In this document: positions 1 through 11,360 of the stretch, in pieces
Position numbering within the stretch: the stretch's first letter is position 1
How the letters are laid out: the number at the start of each line of letters is the position of its first letter
From: Eledone cirrhosa
Taxonomy: Eukaryota
DNA length: 64,000 nucleotides
NCBI GenBank assembly: GCA_964016885.1
Contig: OZ024759.1
Coordinates: 26,970,001 to 27,034,000 of the forward strand
Direction of reading: 5' to 3'
Position numbers and translations under genes: made by a program
Notes under the pieces: model-generated
The model's database searches: none
Told to the model about the DNA's origin: nothing
The model's input: only the letters and a program-made list of their open reading frames with translations

Positions 1-204
1 GTCTCCAATGTGTAATAAACCGTGACTCATATATATATACCGAAGTATGTACATAAACACATACATACACGCATGTGTATATATATATACATACATGTGT
101 CTCTCTCTCTCTCCCTATATATATGTATATATGTATAAATATGTACATACATATTAGTGTATATATATTGCTATCTATATGCATATTTGTATAATTATAC
201 TGTA

Positions 205-372
205 TGGTGAATTGGCAGTATCGGTAGAGGGTCTGACGCCATGCTTTCCAGCATAGTTACGTCCCTTTACGATCCGAGGTTAACTTTGCCTTTCATCCTT
301 AAGGGGTCGATAAAATAAAGTACCAGTATGTACTGGTTAATTGCTGGCCTTGTGCCTAAAGTAGAAACAATT
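205..372 (+). mobile_element. tRNA-derived SINE of the same family, B-box region deleted (also ~26295-26465, ~39475-39643, ~63505-63675)
   Basis: ggtgaattggcagtatcggtagag...aactttgcctttcatccttaaggggtcgataaaataaagtaccag. Confidence 0.75.
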
Positions 373-932
373 ATTAGTTCAAAGTGAAACCACCATCCTA
401 CCTGAAATATTATGTTATCATATTAAATATTTCTTATACTGTCATGTTTTTTCTTTAAAACGATTGCATCTCAATAAAGTGAAGAAAACTATTATATACT
501 GTTGTTATATCATTATACTTTAGTTTTAACATTTCTATGTGTATAAATATAATGTATGTAAGTGTGTTTGAAAATATATAATAATAATATGCATGTTTGA
601 AGCAGGGTTCAACTGAAATATCTATACCAGTAACTTAATTAGTGTTACACCTTAGGCATAAACTATTTGGCATTCTTTGAAGGAGGTACTAGGTTTTTCG
701 CTTTCTTAAATGGAGTATACACGCGCACACGATGCATATATATAAATTGTTTTTCTCTGTACAAAGAGATTGACATCATTTCTTAAATCATTATTTAGGG
801 TTTTACAACAAAACATATTGTATGTGTAATTATACAAATTGAATTTAAGTATTTATTTTAAAATTTTACATACACTTTAGTAGTATCATCATCATCATCA
901 TCATCATTTTACGTCCGCTTTTCCCTCATTTG

Positions 933-1798
933 TGATGCCATGCATTGTATTGTACACTTCGACATATGGATTATATTCATGCAACACCTCTCATATCATA
1001 GCCATTTTTTGTGGTGAGCAGTCATTATTTGTTGGGACTAGGGCAGTGGATTGGCAGTATCGGTAGAGCGTCAGACACCATGCTTTGCAGCATAGGGTTA
1101 TGGCCCTTTACGTTCTGGGTTCAAATCCCTCTAAGGTTGACTTTGTTTTCATCCTTATGAGGTCGATAGAATAAAGTACCAGTAATTGCTGGCCTTGTGC
1201 CAGACAAAATTATTTGGTTGTACTTCCAATCTGTGCTACACACCTTCGTTCCCATCAATAATATATAACTGGCCATATTGTGGTGTATTTTCTGCAGGTT
1301 ACAGAGATGGGTGTGTATTGATATGTTTGACCCTGAATATGAAATCTATACGGGCCTCTGCCGGGTGGTAACACCAAATGAAGTGAAATAAATGTAGTTT
1401 TAATTGCAGATGTTTCTGTGAAATCAACTGCTTCCTGGCCTCTTTCAAAGAGATTTCTCAGTCTCTCAGGGTATATTTGCAATGGTGGCAACACTACCTT
1501 TCCTTTATTACAACAGTTACAATTTTCATTTCTAAATTTCAAAGCTCCACAGTGATCACACGAAACATTCATATCACTAATATGAAATTCTTCTACATTT
1601 CCATTAATATTAATTGTTGGCCAATTTCTCTTACGACGCTCATTATCCATTCTTCTCTGTCTGAATGTTTTCCATTCTAAGTCTATTTGCATGGAATAAT
1701 TATATTCTGTTGTTTATTATGTAATTAAATAGCTCTGTACAATACATAGAGCATTCTTCTTTTCTTTACCTTTTCTATGGAAATACAAGAACAAACAG

Positions 1799-1830
<32 letters not shown>

Positions 1831-1866
1831 ATATACATAAACAAGACTGTTATTGCTCCAACCAGT
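933..1866 (-). mobile_element. Helitron RepHel N-terminal fragment (Zn-finger region) with embedded SINE
   Basis: ORF remnant 1255-1692 CDHCGALKFRNENCNCCNKGKVVLPPL..GRGPYRFHIQGQTY; direct repeat of 10416-11360 (offset ~9482). Confidence 0.88.
1040..1208 (+). mobile_element. tRNA-derived SINE (same insertion as 10522-10690)
   Basis: A/B boxes, core and flanking duplication as above. Confidence 0.8.
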
Positions 1867-2642
1867 CTATTTACCTTTGATAACTATCCTAAATATAAAT
1901 ACACCTATACCATACATACACATATCATATATGTTTTTGATGCCGTGGTATAGCAGAGATAAGCAAGAAGAGAAAAGAAAATGAAAATGAGAAAAAAAAA
2001 GAAGTAAGAAGTCGGGGGAGGGACAGACACTTCACTCCTGTCGTCTTTCCTCCCGACTTTATGGAGGAAATCAGCAGTACAGGGACCAAGTATGGCAGAG
2101 GTCTCAATGGAGTGGAAGAGGTGAGTCAGGCCTTGGTACTATCTTACTATCCTTTGCATTGCGGGGTGTGGAGCCTAGGTTTGTGGCTGTAGCTATATTT
2201 GAACTTTTATATGAAATTTCAGTTTTATATTTTTCACATCTTAAAACTTAATCTTAGTCTTTTGCAGCTCATCTTGTTTCATCTCGCAGCACACGATTTG
2301 GGAACCACTGCTCTAGAGTTAGAAAAAGTATATTTTATGCAGGGCTTCCCTGAGACATAAAAACTATTTCAAGAGATCGACATGGGTAGAAAGGTTGAGA
2401 AATGCTGCACAATGTTCTTTGGTTTTTGTTCACCTTTAAATAATCATGTATAAAATATCGGGTGTGCAAGATTTCATGAAAAGGTATAACATTATTTATG
2501 CTGATCTTGCAGGAACTAGCTCCAATTGAGAGTTGTACCAATTCCCACTAAACTCGAAACTCCTGGACAATATATACATATCTTTATAAGTTCCTGTGTA
2601 TTGTGTCGTTGTATAATGAAACATAAATATATACCATGCATG

Positions 2643-2883
2643 TCAGTCAGATTTGAACTCACTATATTTGGCGTTTTATAGATATAATTTGTTTGTTAAA
2701 ACAATTGATTAAATAATAACTAAATAAAATTAATTCTACAATCCTGGATAGGGAATGAACTTATAACTTCATAATAGAAGCCATCTATTCGAGCAGTATT
2801 GCCATCTAAGCCACCAGGTTACTTACAGAACTTCATTCAAATATAAAATATATGCCAGACATAGTGAGTTCGAATCTGACTGA
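2643..2883. mobile_element. ~240-bp MITE with ~30-bp terminal inverted repeats (also 28804-29051, 31757-32004, 41918-42165)
   Basis: tcagtcagatttgaactcactatatttggc versus gccagacatagtgagttcgaatctgactga (3 mismatches in 30). No clear TSD. Confidence 0.7.
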
Positions 2884-2999
2884 TTAGTTGGTCATTGTCC
2901 CAGCCAACAGTTTAAATCGCCAACCAGTAGGTTACATCGACTAGGTTGGGAAAACTTGGTTAAGTAGCTCCAGTTATTGCTACGTTAGACATATTCAAG

Positions 3000-3100
3000 A
3001 CTTATCGACACCGAATGGAAGAAAGGTAAAGTTGAACTCAGAGTAAAGAACTGGAAAAATACTGCAAAGAATTCTATCTGATGTTCTAACAATTCTACCA
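3000..3100 (-). mobile_element. Old decayed SINE fragment of the same family
   Basis: cttatcgacaccgaatggaagaaaggtaaagttgaactc is a diverged reverse complement of the SINE core. Confidence 0.5.
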
Positions 3101-3180
3101 AATTACCTTATGTATATATATTTATATCTAGAGATAAGAAGAAAACTGAAAGAAAGAAAAAAAAAATGAGACCTTATATG

Positions 3181-3250
3181 TAACCCATGACCGGGATTGA
3201 AACCGAAACCAGGACTACCACCATCTCTGGTATCACCCACCAGACCACCA
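3181..3250 (-). pseudogene. tRNA-like Pol III head relic
   Basis: Minus strand ggtggtctggtgg (A-box-like) ... ggtttcaatcccgg (B-box-like); no cloverleaf. Confidence 0.35.
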
Positions 3251-3720
3251 TGAAAGATACAAAAATCTGCTTTTTTAATATTTATAAGCCTACTTTCAAT
3301 ATTAAAGTAATTAACATGTGGTGTTGTTCATGCCTTTCTCTATGTTATTGATAAAAAATAAAGTATTTAAACCTCAAATTTTGTTATTCAAATATGCTTG
3401 CTTATGTAATTATAAATGTCGCAGAATACACACACATATATAGATGTGAAAATATTCAGGACCCCAACGGCTGTGCTACTGCCGTTTCGACATCTATATA
3501 TATATCTTTTAGTCCTAGGCTCTTTCAGCGCAGAAAGAATTCTCCAATGATCACAACCAGCTAATGGTGCCCAGTGGAAGCACTTTAGTCTAATTATAAC
3601 CCCAACGATCACGATTAGCGGCGGCTTTTTCGAGTCTGAGGTTGACTGCCAGATATATATATATATATTTTTATACTTTGCTAGAATCCCGGAGAACAAC
3701 AGAAAGATGCTGAGTTCAGA

Positions 3721-4361
3721 GTTTAAAAAACATGTCCCCTTTAATATAAAAACAATCCGAGTCTTGTAAAAGTGTTATTACTGTAATATAAAGTAGAAAC
3801 CCTTTATTTAAACAAAGCTGCGATGCAGCGATCATCAAAGCAAACCCCAAAATGTAAACAAACTTCTCGCAGGTGCTGCCAGATACACGATAACATGTGT
3901 ATACGAAGTGTAACAGGGAGTTGGGTCGTATTATATGACTTTCAAATTGACCCCTATTATATTCAAATTATCCCCTGTGGGGCGTGCACCCCACGTTGAG
4001 AATCCCTCATAAATAAATATATGTGAGTGTGTTGCTATGACTGCTATTTCTAGCAGGTTTACTGCAGTCCTGTAGACGCACAACAAAAACCGGAAGTGGC
4101 AGCCATTAAAAAACTTTGGCTTAAAATCAGCCAAAAGATTTTCAATAATAGTAAAATTTTATTTTTGACAAGGACGATAACTTTTGTCTTACTTAATCGC
4201 AAAAATCGAGGCAAAAATTTTGAGGGTGTGCAGTTTACACGCTAAAAATAAACCTGCTAGAAATAGCAGTCATAGCAACTCACTTACATATATTTATATA
4301 TCATATATATATATATATATATATATGGACACTTTAGAAATAGCAGCGAATAACAGAAAGG

Positions 4362-4458
<97 letters not shown>

Positions 4459-5479
4459 TATATATATATGCCCCAGCATACACACACACACACACATATA
4501 TATACATATATATATGCCCCAGCATGGTCTTGGACGATCGTCTAACTAAGGCCAATAATAAAATCCTTCAAAATAAATTAAACACTACTAAATCCGGGGT
4601 TACAACTTGGATTACTTAAAAGTCAGTAAAGCTGTAAAGATTCTATATTGTAAATAGGTGGTCGCATGTTCGAATCCGGGCAAATCTCGAGAAAAATAAC
4701 AAAAAGAAGGACAATGTAAAAATAGCAGCCATAAACGAGAGGAGGACACACACACAAACACACACACATGTATATATATATATATGTGTGTCTGTGTATG
4801 TGTTTGGCTGCTATATATATATATAGCGGTCAACACACACACACGTACATATATAAGTGTGTGTGTTTGGCTGATATATATATATATATATATATATGAT
4901 ATATAAATATATGTGAGTTGCTATGACTGCTATTTCTAGCAGGTTTATTTTAGCGTGTAAACTGCACACCCGCAAAATTTTTGCCTCGATTTTTGCGATT
5001 AAGTAAGACAAAAGTTATCGTCCTTGTCAAAAATAAAATTTTACTATTATTGAAAATCTTTTGGCTGATTTTAAGCCAAAGTTTTTTAATGGCTGCCACT
5101 TCCGGTTTTTGTTGTGCGTCTACAGGACAGCCATAAACCTACTAGAAATAGCAGTCATAACAACACACTTATGTATATTTATATATCAGGGATTCTCAAC
5201 GAAGGGTACACGCCCCACAGGGGGCAATTTGAATTTAATAGGGGCCAATTAGAAAGTGATATAATACGACCAAACTTCCAGTTACACTTTGTTCACATGT
5301 TATCCTGTATCTGGCAGCAGCTACGAGAAGTTTGTTTATATTTTGAAGTTTGTTTTGATCATCGCGGCATCGTAGCTTTGTTTAATTAAAGCATTTCTAC
5401 TTTATATTACAGTAGTAACACTTTTACAAGACTCGGTTTATTTCTATATTAAAAGGGAACATAAACCTAATTTTTAAAC
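3721..5479. repeat. ~1.75-kb inverted-repeat structure, arms ~600 bp (copy at ~43002-44760)
   Basis: 3721-~4320 is the reverse complement of ~4875-5479; mirrored ORFs 3931-4134(-)/5061-5252(+) and 4184(+)/5011(-). Confidence 0.9.
4023..4283. mobile_element. ~260-bp MITE-like element with ~35-bp inverted ends; inverted copy ~4912-5170, third copy from ~5718
   Basis: gttgctatgactgctatttctagcaggttta ... taaacctgctagaaatagcagtcatagcaac, embedded in TA-rich flanks. Confidence 0.65.
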
Positions 5480-5520
5480 GTTGAGGTGGGGCATGGAGCA
5501 AAAAAGGTTTGGAACTACTG
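5187..5520 (+). mobile_element. Non-autonomous hAT-like element; diverged inverted copy at ~3721-4008
   Basis: 5' cagggattctcaac..ggg and 3' aaaaggtttggaactactg resemble hAT termini (CAG.G.TT..CAAC). No 8-bp TSD seen. Confidence 0.55.
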
Positions 5521-6983
5521 AAGACAACGAATCATCGTTTTTATTAATGTAAACAAACTTCTCGCAGGTGCTGCCAGATACACGATAACATGTGTATACG
5601 AAGTGTAACAGGGAGTTGGGTCGTATTATATGACTTTCAAATTGACCCCTATTATATTCAAATTATCCCCTGTGGGGCGTGCACCCCACGTTGAGAATCC
5701 CTCATAAATAAATATATGTGAGTGTGTTGCTATGACTGCTATTTCTAGCAGGTTTACTGCAGTCCTGTAGACGCACAACAAAAACCGGAAGTGGCAGCCA
5801 TTAAAAAACTTTGGCTTAAAATCAGGCAAAAGTTTTTTAACAATTTGCCAAGAAAGATAACTCTTGTCTTACTTAATCGCAAAAATCGAGGCAAAATTTT
5901 GCGGGTGTGCAGTTTGTTTGGTGTATTTGACTGCTATTTCTAGCATATATGGACACTTTAGAAATAGCAGCGAAACACGGGAAACATAAGAAAGAAGGTC
6001 ACACACGTATATATATATATATATATAATTATGTATCTGTATATATATATATATATATACATATATACATATATATATGCACAGATATATACATTTAAAT
6101 ATATATATTTATATATACATACACGCGCGCACACACACCTATACGTAGATATTGGTGTGTGTATAGCTGGTATATATATATATATGTATGGGTGAGTGTA
6201 TAGCTGGTATATATATATATATATATATAGGTGTGTGTCCTTCTTTCTGCTGTTTTCCGTTTTTCGCTGCTATTTCTAAAGTGTCCATACATGCTAGAAA
6301 TAGCAGTCATAGAAACACACTCACATATATTTATTTATGAGGGATTCTCAACGTGGGGTGCACGCCCCACAGGGGATAATTTGAATATCCCCCTCTTTAT
6401 ATCAATTAGCACTAACTCTCTCCCTCTCTATATCTACTACACGGCACTCTCTTCCAATACCCCTCTCTATATGAAGTAACACCAAACTCTCCCCCTCTCT
6501 ATATATTAAGCACTAAGTCAGGAATTTTTTTCTTCTTTCGTGCAGAGAGAGTAAAGTTGATTAAATCTACTGCAGTGAATTACTGGTATTTTATTTAATA
6601 AAAATTAAAATTTACTATTTGTCTTCGTTTAATTTTCGTTTTTCTTTACATAGTTTCGTTTCGTTAAATGTCTCCAGAATTTGTTTTTACTTTTACCGGA
6701 TATTGAAGGTGTAAACTTGGTGTTGTCTAGAAACGTGTTAGAAATATTTTTCTTTTAATTGTGAAGAATTTAACCGCAAAGTAAGTTTTTTTTACTGTTT
6801 ATTTGTGGCTGGGACAACGTATGGTATGTGTTAATGTAAATGGTGAAGGTTTAAAGATTCTTTTTACAACTGAAAATCGGTTTGTTGTTGCTGCTAATTA
6901 CTTAACGCATGGAATAGATTAAAAAAATACAGGATTGTTTCTCGGAAGAGAGGAAGAAGAAACAAATCACAGAAGCGGGTAGC

Positions 6984-7158
6984 ACACACATTTGGGACCA
7001 CATACAACACAAAAACAGGTAATCCACACATCTGGGACCACATACAACACACCAGCAGGTAATACATACATCTAGGACCACATAAGCAGGTAATACACAC
7101 ATCTAGGACCACATACAACACACAAGCAGGTAATACCCACATCTAGGACGACATACAA
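6984..7158 (+). repeat. ~40-bp minisatellite, ~4-5 units, 3' of the CRE-like tail (also ~34382-34556 and ~46267-46441)
   Basis: acacacatctaggaccacatacaacacacaagcaggtaat and variants. Confidence 0.85.
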
Positions 7159-7260
7159 CCAAAGGCAGGCGAAAGGGGTGGACAAACGAGCTGCTACTAG
7201 ATCAAAAGATAACAGTATCGCGAGGAGCACTGGGAAACCTCTCTAATGATTTTTTAGGAA

Positions 7261-7458
7261 AGCCAGCACGTCTGCAGCGTTACCTCGGGCGATGGCGAGG
7301 CTGAGGAGCTGGAACAACCAAGTGCCCTCACGAGCTTCACCAGTCACCTTCGTCAGGCTAGCCGCCAGTGAAGATAGGAATCTCGCAGTCAGTATCCCGA
7401 CTCCCCCAAACGCCACAGGCTGGAAAATGTAGTTGGCCGACAGATCACAGTATTACTT
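7261..7458 (-). mobile_element. 3' end of a CRE-clade-like non-LTR retrotransposon (restriction-like endonuclease C-terminus)
   Basis: K*YCDLSANYIFQPVAF-GGVG..ARFLSSLA..LTKVTGEAREGTWLFQLLSLAIARGNAADVLA matches the KY..L...Y.F.P.A.ET.G..G...TG..RE...L.QRLS.A..RGNA tail of CRE-type elements. Confidence 0.8.
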
Positions 7459-7485
7459 AACAGTGATAGATATTCTGTCTAAAGG

Positions 7486-7555
7486 AGGGGCGTACAACAG
7501 GCGGCCCGCGGGCCACAGTCGAGCCCACCTGACCAGTCAGAGTGGCCCGCAATGA
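7486..7555 (+). mobile_element. hAT-like 5' terminal fragment
   Basis: aggggcgtacaacaggcggcccgcgggccaca..gagccc..gtggcccgc resembles common hAT ends with subterminal GGCCCGC motifs. Confidence 0.55.
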
Positions 7556-7605
7556 CTCTTGTAGGCTTATTTAGAATTTTTTCCATACCCGTAATACTTC
7601 TGTTA

Positions 7606-8247
7606 GTTGACCTATACTAAAGGACTTCACTGATAGGGTTATATGTGTTATAATTTCCCAGTTGACCTATACTAAAGGACTTCACTGATAGGGTTATATG
7701 TGTTATAGTTTCCCAGTTGACCTATACTAAAGGACTTCACTGATAGGGTTATATGTGTTATAGTTTCCCAGTTGACCTATACTAAAGGACTTCACTGATA
7801 GGGTTATATGTGTTATAATTTCCCAGTTGACCTATACTAAAGGACTTCACTGATAGGGTTATATGTGTTATAGTTTCCCAGTTGACCTATACTAAAGGGC
7901 TTCACTGATAGAGTTATATGTGTTATAGTTTCCCAGAGGGCTTCACTGATAGGGTTATATGTGTTATAGTTTCCCAGTTGACCTATACTAAAGGACTTCA
8001 CTGATAGGGTTATATGTGTTATAGTTTCCCAGTTGACCTATACTAAAGGACTTCACTGATAGGGTTATATGTGTTATAGTTTCCCAGTTGACCTATACTA
8101 AAGGACTTCACTGATAGGGTTATATGTGTTATAGTTTCCCAGTTGACCTATACTAAAGGACTTCACTGATAGGGTTATATGTGTTATAGTTTCCCAGTTG
8201 ACCTATACTAAAGGGCTTCACTGATAGAGTTATATGTGTTATAGTTT
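7606..8247 (+). repeat. 55-bp minisatellite, ~12 units
   Basis: gttgacctatactaaaggacttcactgatagggttatatgtgttatagtttccca; one internally truncated unit near 7936. Confidence 0.96.
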
Positions 8248-8487
8248 GAAACAAACTACCCGCATCAGTTATTATACTTTTATAACACCGCTATATTACG
8301 TACATGAAAGAGGTAAATATTTATTTCTCTTGTCTTCTTAAATGTATAGAACATTTTTCTTATATATATTCTTAACATAGCTAGGACCGTTTATTATTTA
8401 CTAGTCTCTACTCCTAGGACTTTGCTGGTCTCATGTCCCCTCCATCAACACACACTCGGTAGAAAGCTGGTCGTCGGAGGTAAAGTG

Positions 8488-8625
8488 GCCCTGATTACAG
8501 GTCTAGTATTGAAGCCTTTCGGCTTGAGCCTTGCTGATGCCGACACAGTTCCTGTGGTAGTTTTGGTAGCACAGGTGACATTTTATTGTGTTTAGGTACC
8601 GGCTAGTGCGGACACAGAGAGCACA
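8488..8625 (-). pseudogene. Decayed PHD-finger coding relic (copies at 35722-35859 and 47771-47908)
   Basis: Reads CALCVRTSRYLNTIKCHLCYQNYHRNCVGISKAQAERLQY*TCNQG, which fits C4HC3 spacing. The expected Trp is TAG and the last Cys is GGC, each one base from TGG/TGC. Not in the ORF track. Confidence 0.72.
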
Positions 8626-8819
8626 ACCAGGTGGTGAGCTGGCAACGACCAAGTGTAGAGGGCCAGCTTTGAAATTCGAGCGACGGAGTGAACTAGTAAA
8701 AGAGGCAGGGTAAGCAGCATTGGTTCTAACGGTGGGACTAGAACGGAGGTTGGGTGGTGCTGGGGGTGGGCTAACAGCTAACAGTTGTAGGAGTGGTGGG
8801 GGTTTGCTAGGATTAATTT

Positions 8820-11272
8820 TTACATCTGTATGTGAACTCTTGAAAAAGCAACATACAATTGTCCAGGGTTAAATACTTGCTCAGGGAGGAACAGACCCAC
8901 TTTATCATGTATTTGACCATGGTTCTTGTTGATTGTCATGGCATATGACAGTCTTAATGGAAACTGGGGTCTTTCCAAAGTAAAAAGGATGTTGGCACCA
9001 CTGGGGGCTAACTTCAGTCTTGGGATCAAAACACACCTGCCCATCAAAGGACCATAGATATGAGAAGCTTTGATAAAATGTTTATGCAGTTCTACTACTT
9101 CTAATCTTGTGCCATTACATAATCTGTTCTGGATTGAAATATTCCATAGAAGCATTAGTATTGATCCTGCTTTTAATTGGAGTTTGTGAGGCGGCATCCC
9201 AGAAGGTGTAAGCAAGTTCATTTAGCTTGAACCAGGCAGCAAGGGTCCCTGCATTTCTACCACAACCTGAGCATTGCCTCTTTGAAAGTAAACTCTGTTT
9301 GTTCTCCAGGTGTGTGGCTAGGCTGTATAATGTATGTGATGTACCATGAAGCTTAAATTCGGAGAGACACGACACTGCTTCTGGCTGAGACACATACCTG
9401 CAACAAAGATAGGTTCTTATTTCATCATGGTTGTGTTGGTTCTGAGCCTCATTAGGTAATGCATTATTCGTTACTTCTATAGATGTACAATCATGCCCCA
9501 TGTAACATATTTAAAGAGGTACTTGACACTTTTTACAGAAGCGCAAACTTCAACATTAATATGTGCACAATATTTCTTAAGCAAAAAGGCATTAAATGGC
9601 ACAACATTCCTGTTATCTACTGAATGTCATCCAATTTACACTGCAGTTCCTGTCTTGCACCTCCTGTACTCCGGGTATCCATTTAGGTTCAATAATGTTT
9701 CCCTTCTGTAGGTTTTTGGATAGTTCTTTTGGAAAAATCCATTTTGTATAAATGGGGGAAAAGGGTTTCCAGAACCACATGGCCCGTGGATCATAAACTT
9801 TTAAACCTGCTCATATAGTACTTGATCATCTTCCAATGCAGGTATTTCTGCTGACACGATTCTGTCAATGTCTTCTCTGTTTCTTATCTTGTCTTCATTT
9901 CTTAAGGCTCAGTGTTATCATCTGTTTAGATAATTCATTAAACCATTATACTCATCCACTCACAATTGGGCTTGATTGTTCCTCAAATATTGAAGCCTGC
10001 ATCCCTCTACTTTCATATAGGCTTCCACTAAATACTGCTAAAATAATTTACCTGCCCTATATATCGCACTAAATCCTCCTCTATATGCTATACTGTATAT
10101 GTAATACTCCTGCATTGTCAGTCTATTGCAAACACAGGTCCTGCATTCCTCTCCATGTCACTATGCCACCAAAATTCACCATTATGGGTCGGTCATGAGG
10201 TCCAAGTGGCATGAATTATGTGATATTTTCTGAGGAGGATGGTCTTTAGGAAAGATGATAATATCTCTTTGTACAGGTGGTCTGCCCTCAATCCCCCACA
10301 AAACAACAGCTATCATTACTAGTTGGTAAATTATAGCAGCTCATATCTGATCCTCTTCTAAATCTTAATTCACAGTTCTGTACACGACAATGTTCTCTTC
10401 TTGCACTTTGCTGTTTGATGCCATGCATTGTATTGTACAATTCACATATGGATTACATTCATGCAACACCTCTCTTATCATAGCCATTTTTTGTGGTGAG
10501 CACTCATTATTTGTTGGTACTAGGGCGGTGGATTGGCAGTATCGGTAGAGCGTCAGACACCATGCTTTGCAGCATAGGGTTATGGCCCTTTACGTTCTGG
10601 GTTCAAATCCCTCCAAGGTTGACTTTGTTTTCATCCTTATGAGGTCGATAGAATAAAGTACCAGTAATTGCTGGCCTTGTGCCAGAAACAATTATTTGGT
10701 CGTACTTCCAATCTGTGCTACACACCTTCGTTCCCATCAATAATATATAACTGGCCATATTGTGGTGTATTTTCTGCAGGTTACAGAGGTGGGGGTGTAG
10801 TGATATGTTTGACCGTGAATATGAAAGCTATACGGGCCTCTGCCGGGTGGTAACACCAAATGAAGTGAAATAAATGTAGTTTTAATTGCAGACGTTTCTG
10901 TGAAATCAACTGCTTCCTGGCCTCTTTCAAAGAGATTTCTCAGTCTCTCGGGGTATATTTGCAATGGTGGCAACACAGCCTTTACTTTATTACAACAGTT
11001 ATTTTCATTTCTAAATTTCAAAGCTTCACAGTGATCACACGAAACATTCATATCACTAATATGAAATTCTTCTAGATTTCCATTAATATTAATTGTTGGC
11101 CAATTTCTCTTATGACGCTCATTATCCATTCTTCTCTGTCTGAATGTTTTCCATTCTAAGTCTATTTGCATGGAATAATTATATTCTGTTGTTTATTATG
11201 TAATTAAATAGCTCTGTACGATACATAGAGCATTCTTCTTTTCTTTACCTTTTCTATAGAAATACAAGAACA

Positions 11273-11319
<47 letters not shown>

Positions 11320-11360
11320 GTGTGTATATACATAAACAAGACTGTTATTACTCCAACCAG
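8820..11360 (-). mobile_element. Degenerate, internally deleted Helitron (RepHel pseudogene)
   Basis: Hand translation of the minus strand gives, in order: N-terminal Zn-finger CDHCEALKF..CC..LPPL; GRGPYSFHIHGQTYH; PPVQRDIIIFP; AGKLF*QYLVEAYMKVE; IVSAEIP..MIHGPCG; GYPEYRR; VDNRNVVPFN..HINVEVCASVKSVKYLFKYV (Rep motif 3 YxxKY, 9507-9521); DEIRTYL..RYVS.PEA; Pif1-type helicase C-terminus SGMPPHKL..LCNGTRL..QFPLRLSYAMTINK..GQLYVAFSRV. Many stops and frameshifts. Confidence 0.93.
10522..10690 (+). mobile_element. tRNA-derived SINE inserted antisense in the Helitron frame, with target-site duplication
   Basis: A-box-like tggcagtatcggtag, B-box ggttcaaatccc, core gactttgttttcatccttatgaggtcgatagaataaagtaccag. 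Imperfect 16-bp flanks attatttgttggtact / attatttggtcgtact. Same insertion at 1040-1208, ~27134-27302, ~40311-40479, ~49805-49973. Confidence 0.82.

Noticed and set aside
2930-2960. Possible Helitron head-to-tail junction (CTAG|TC on the minus strand at 2939-2944)
   Set aside because: No convincing GC-rich subterminal hairpin; the true Helitron termini could not be identified.
4610-4690. B-box gttcgaatcc suggesting a tRNA gene
   Set aside because: No A-box at suitable spacing and no cloverleaf; at most a decayed SINE head.
4184-6310. Tyr/Ile/Cys/Val-rich short ORFs
   Set aside because: Translations of (TA)n and (CA)n microsatellites.
7606-8247. tetO-like sequence (tcactgataggg) in the 55-bp array
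   Set aside because: Only a 12-bp partial match, not the full palindromic operator, and no vector sequence nearby.
8820-9221. Cellular PIF1 helicase gene
   Set aside because: Only the C-terminal motifs are present, fused to Helitron Rep remnants with stops and frameshifts.
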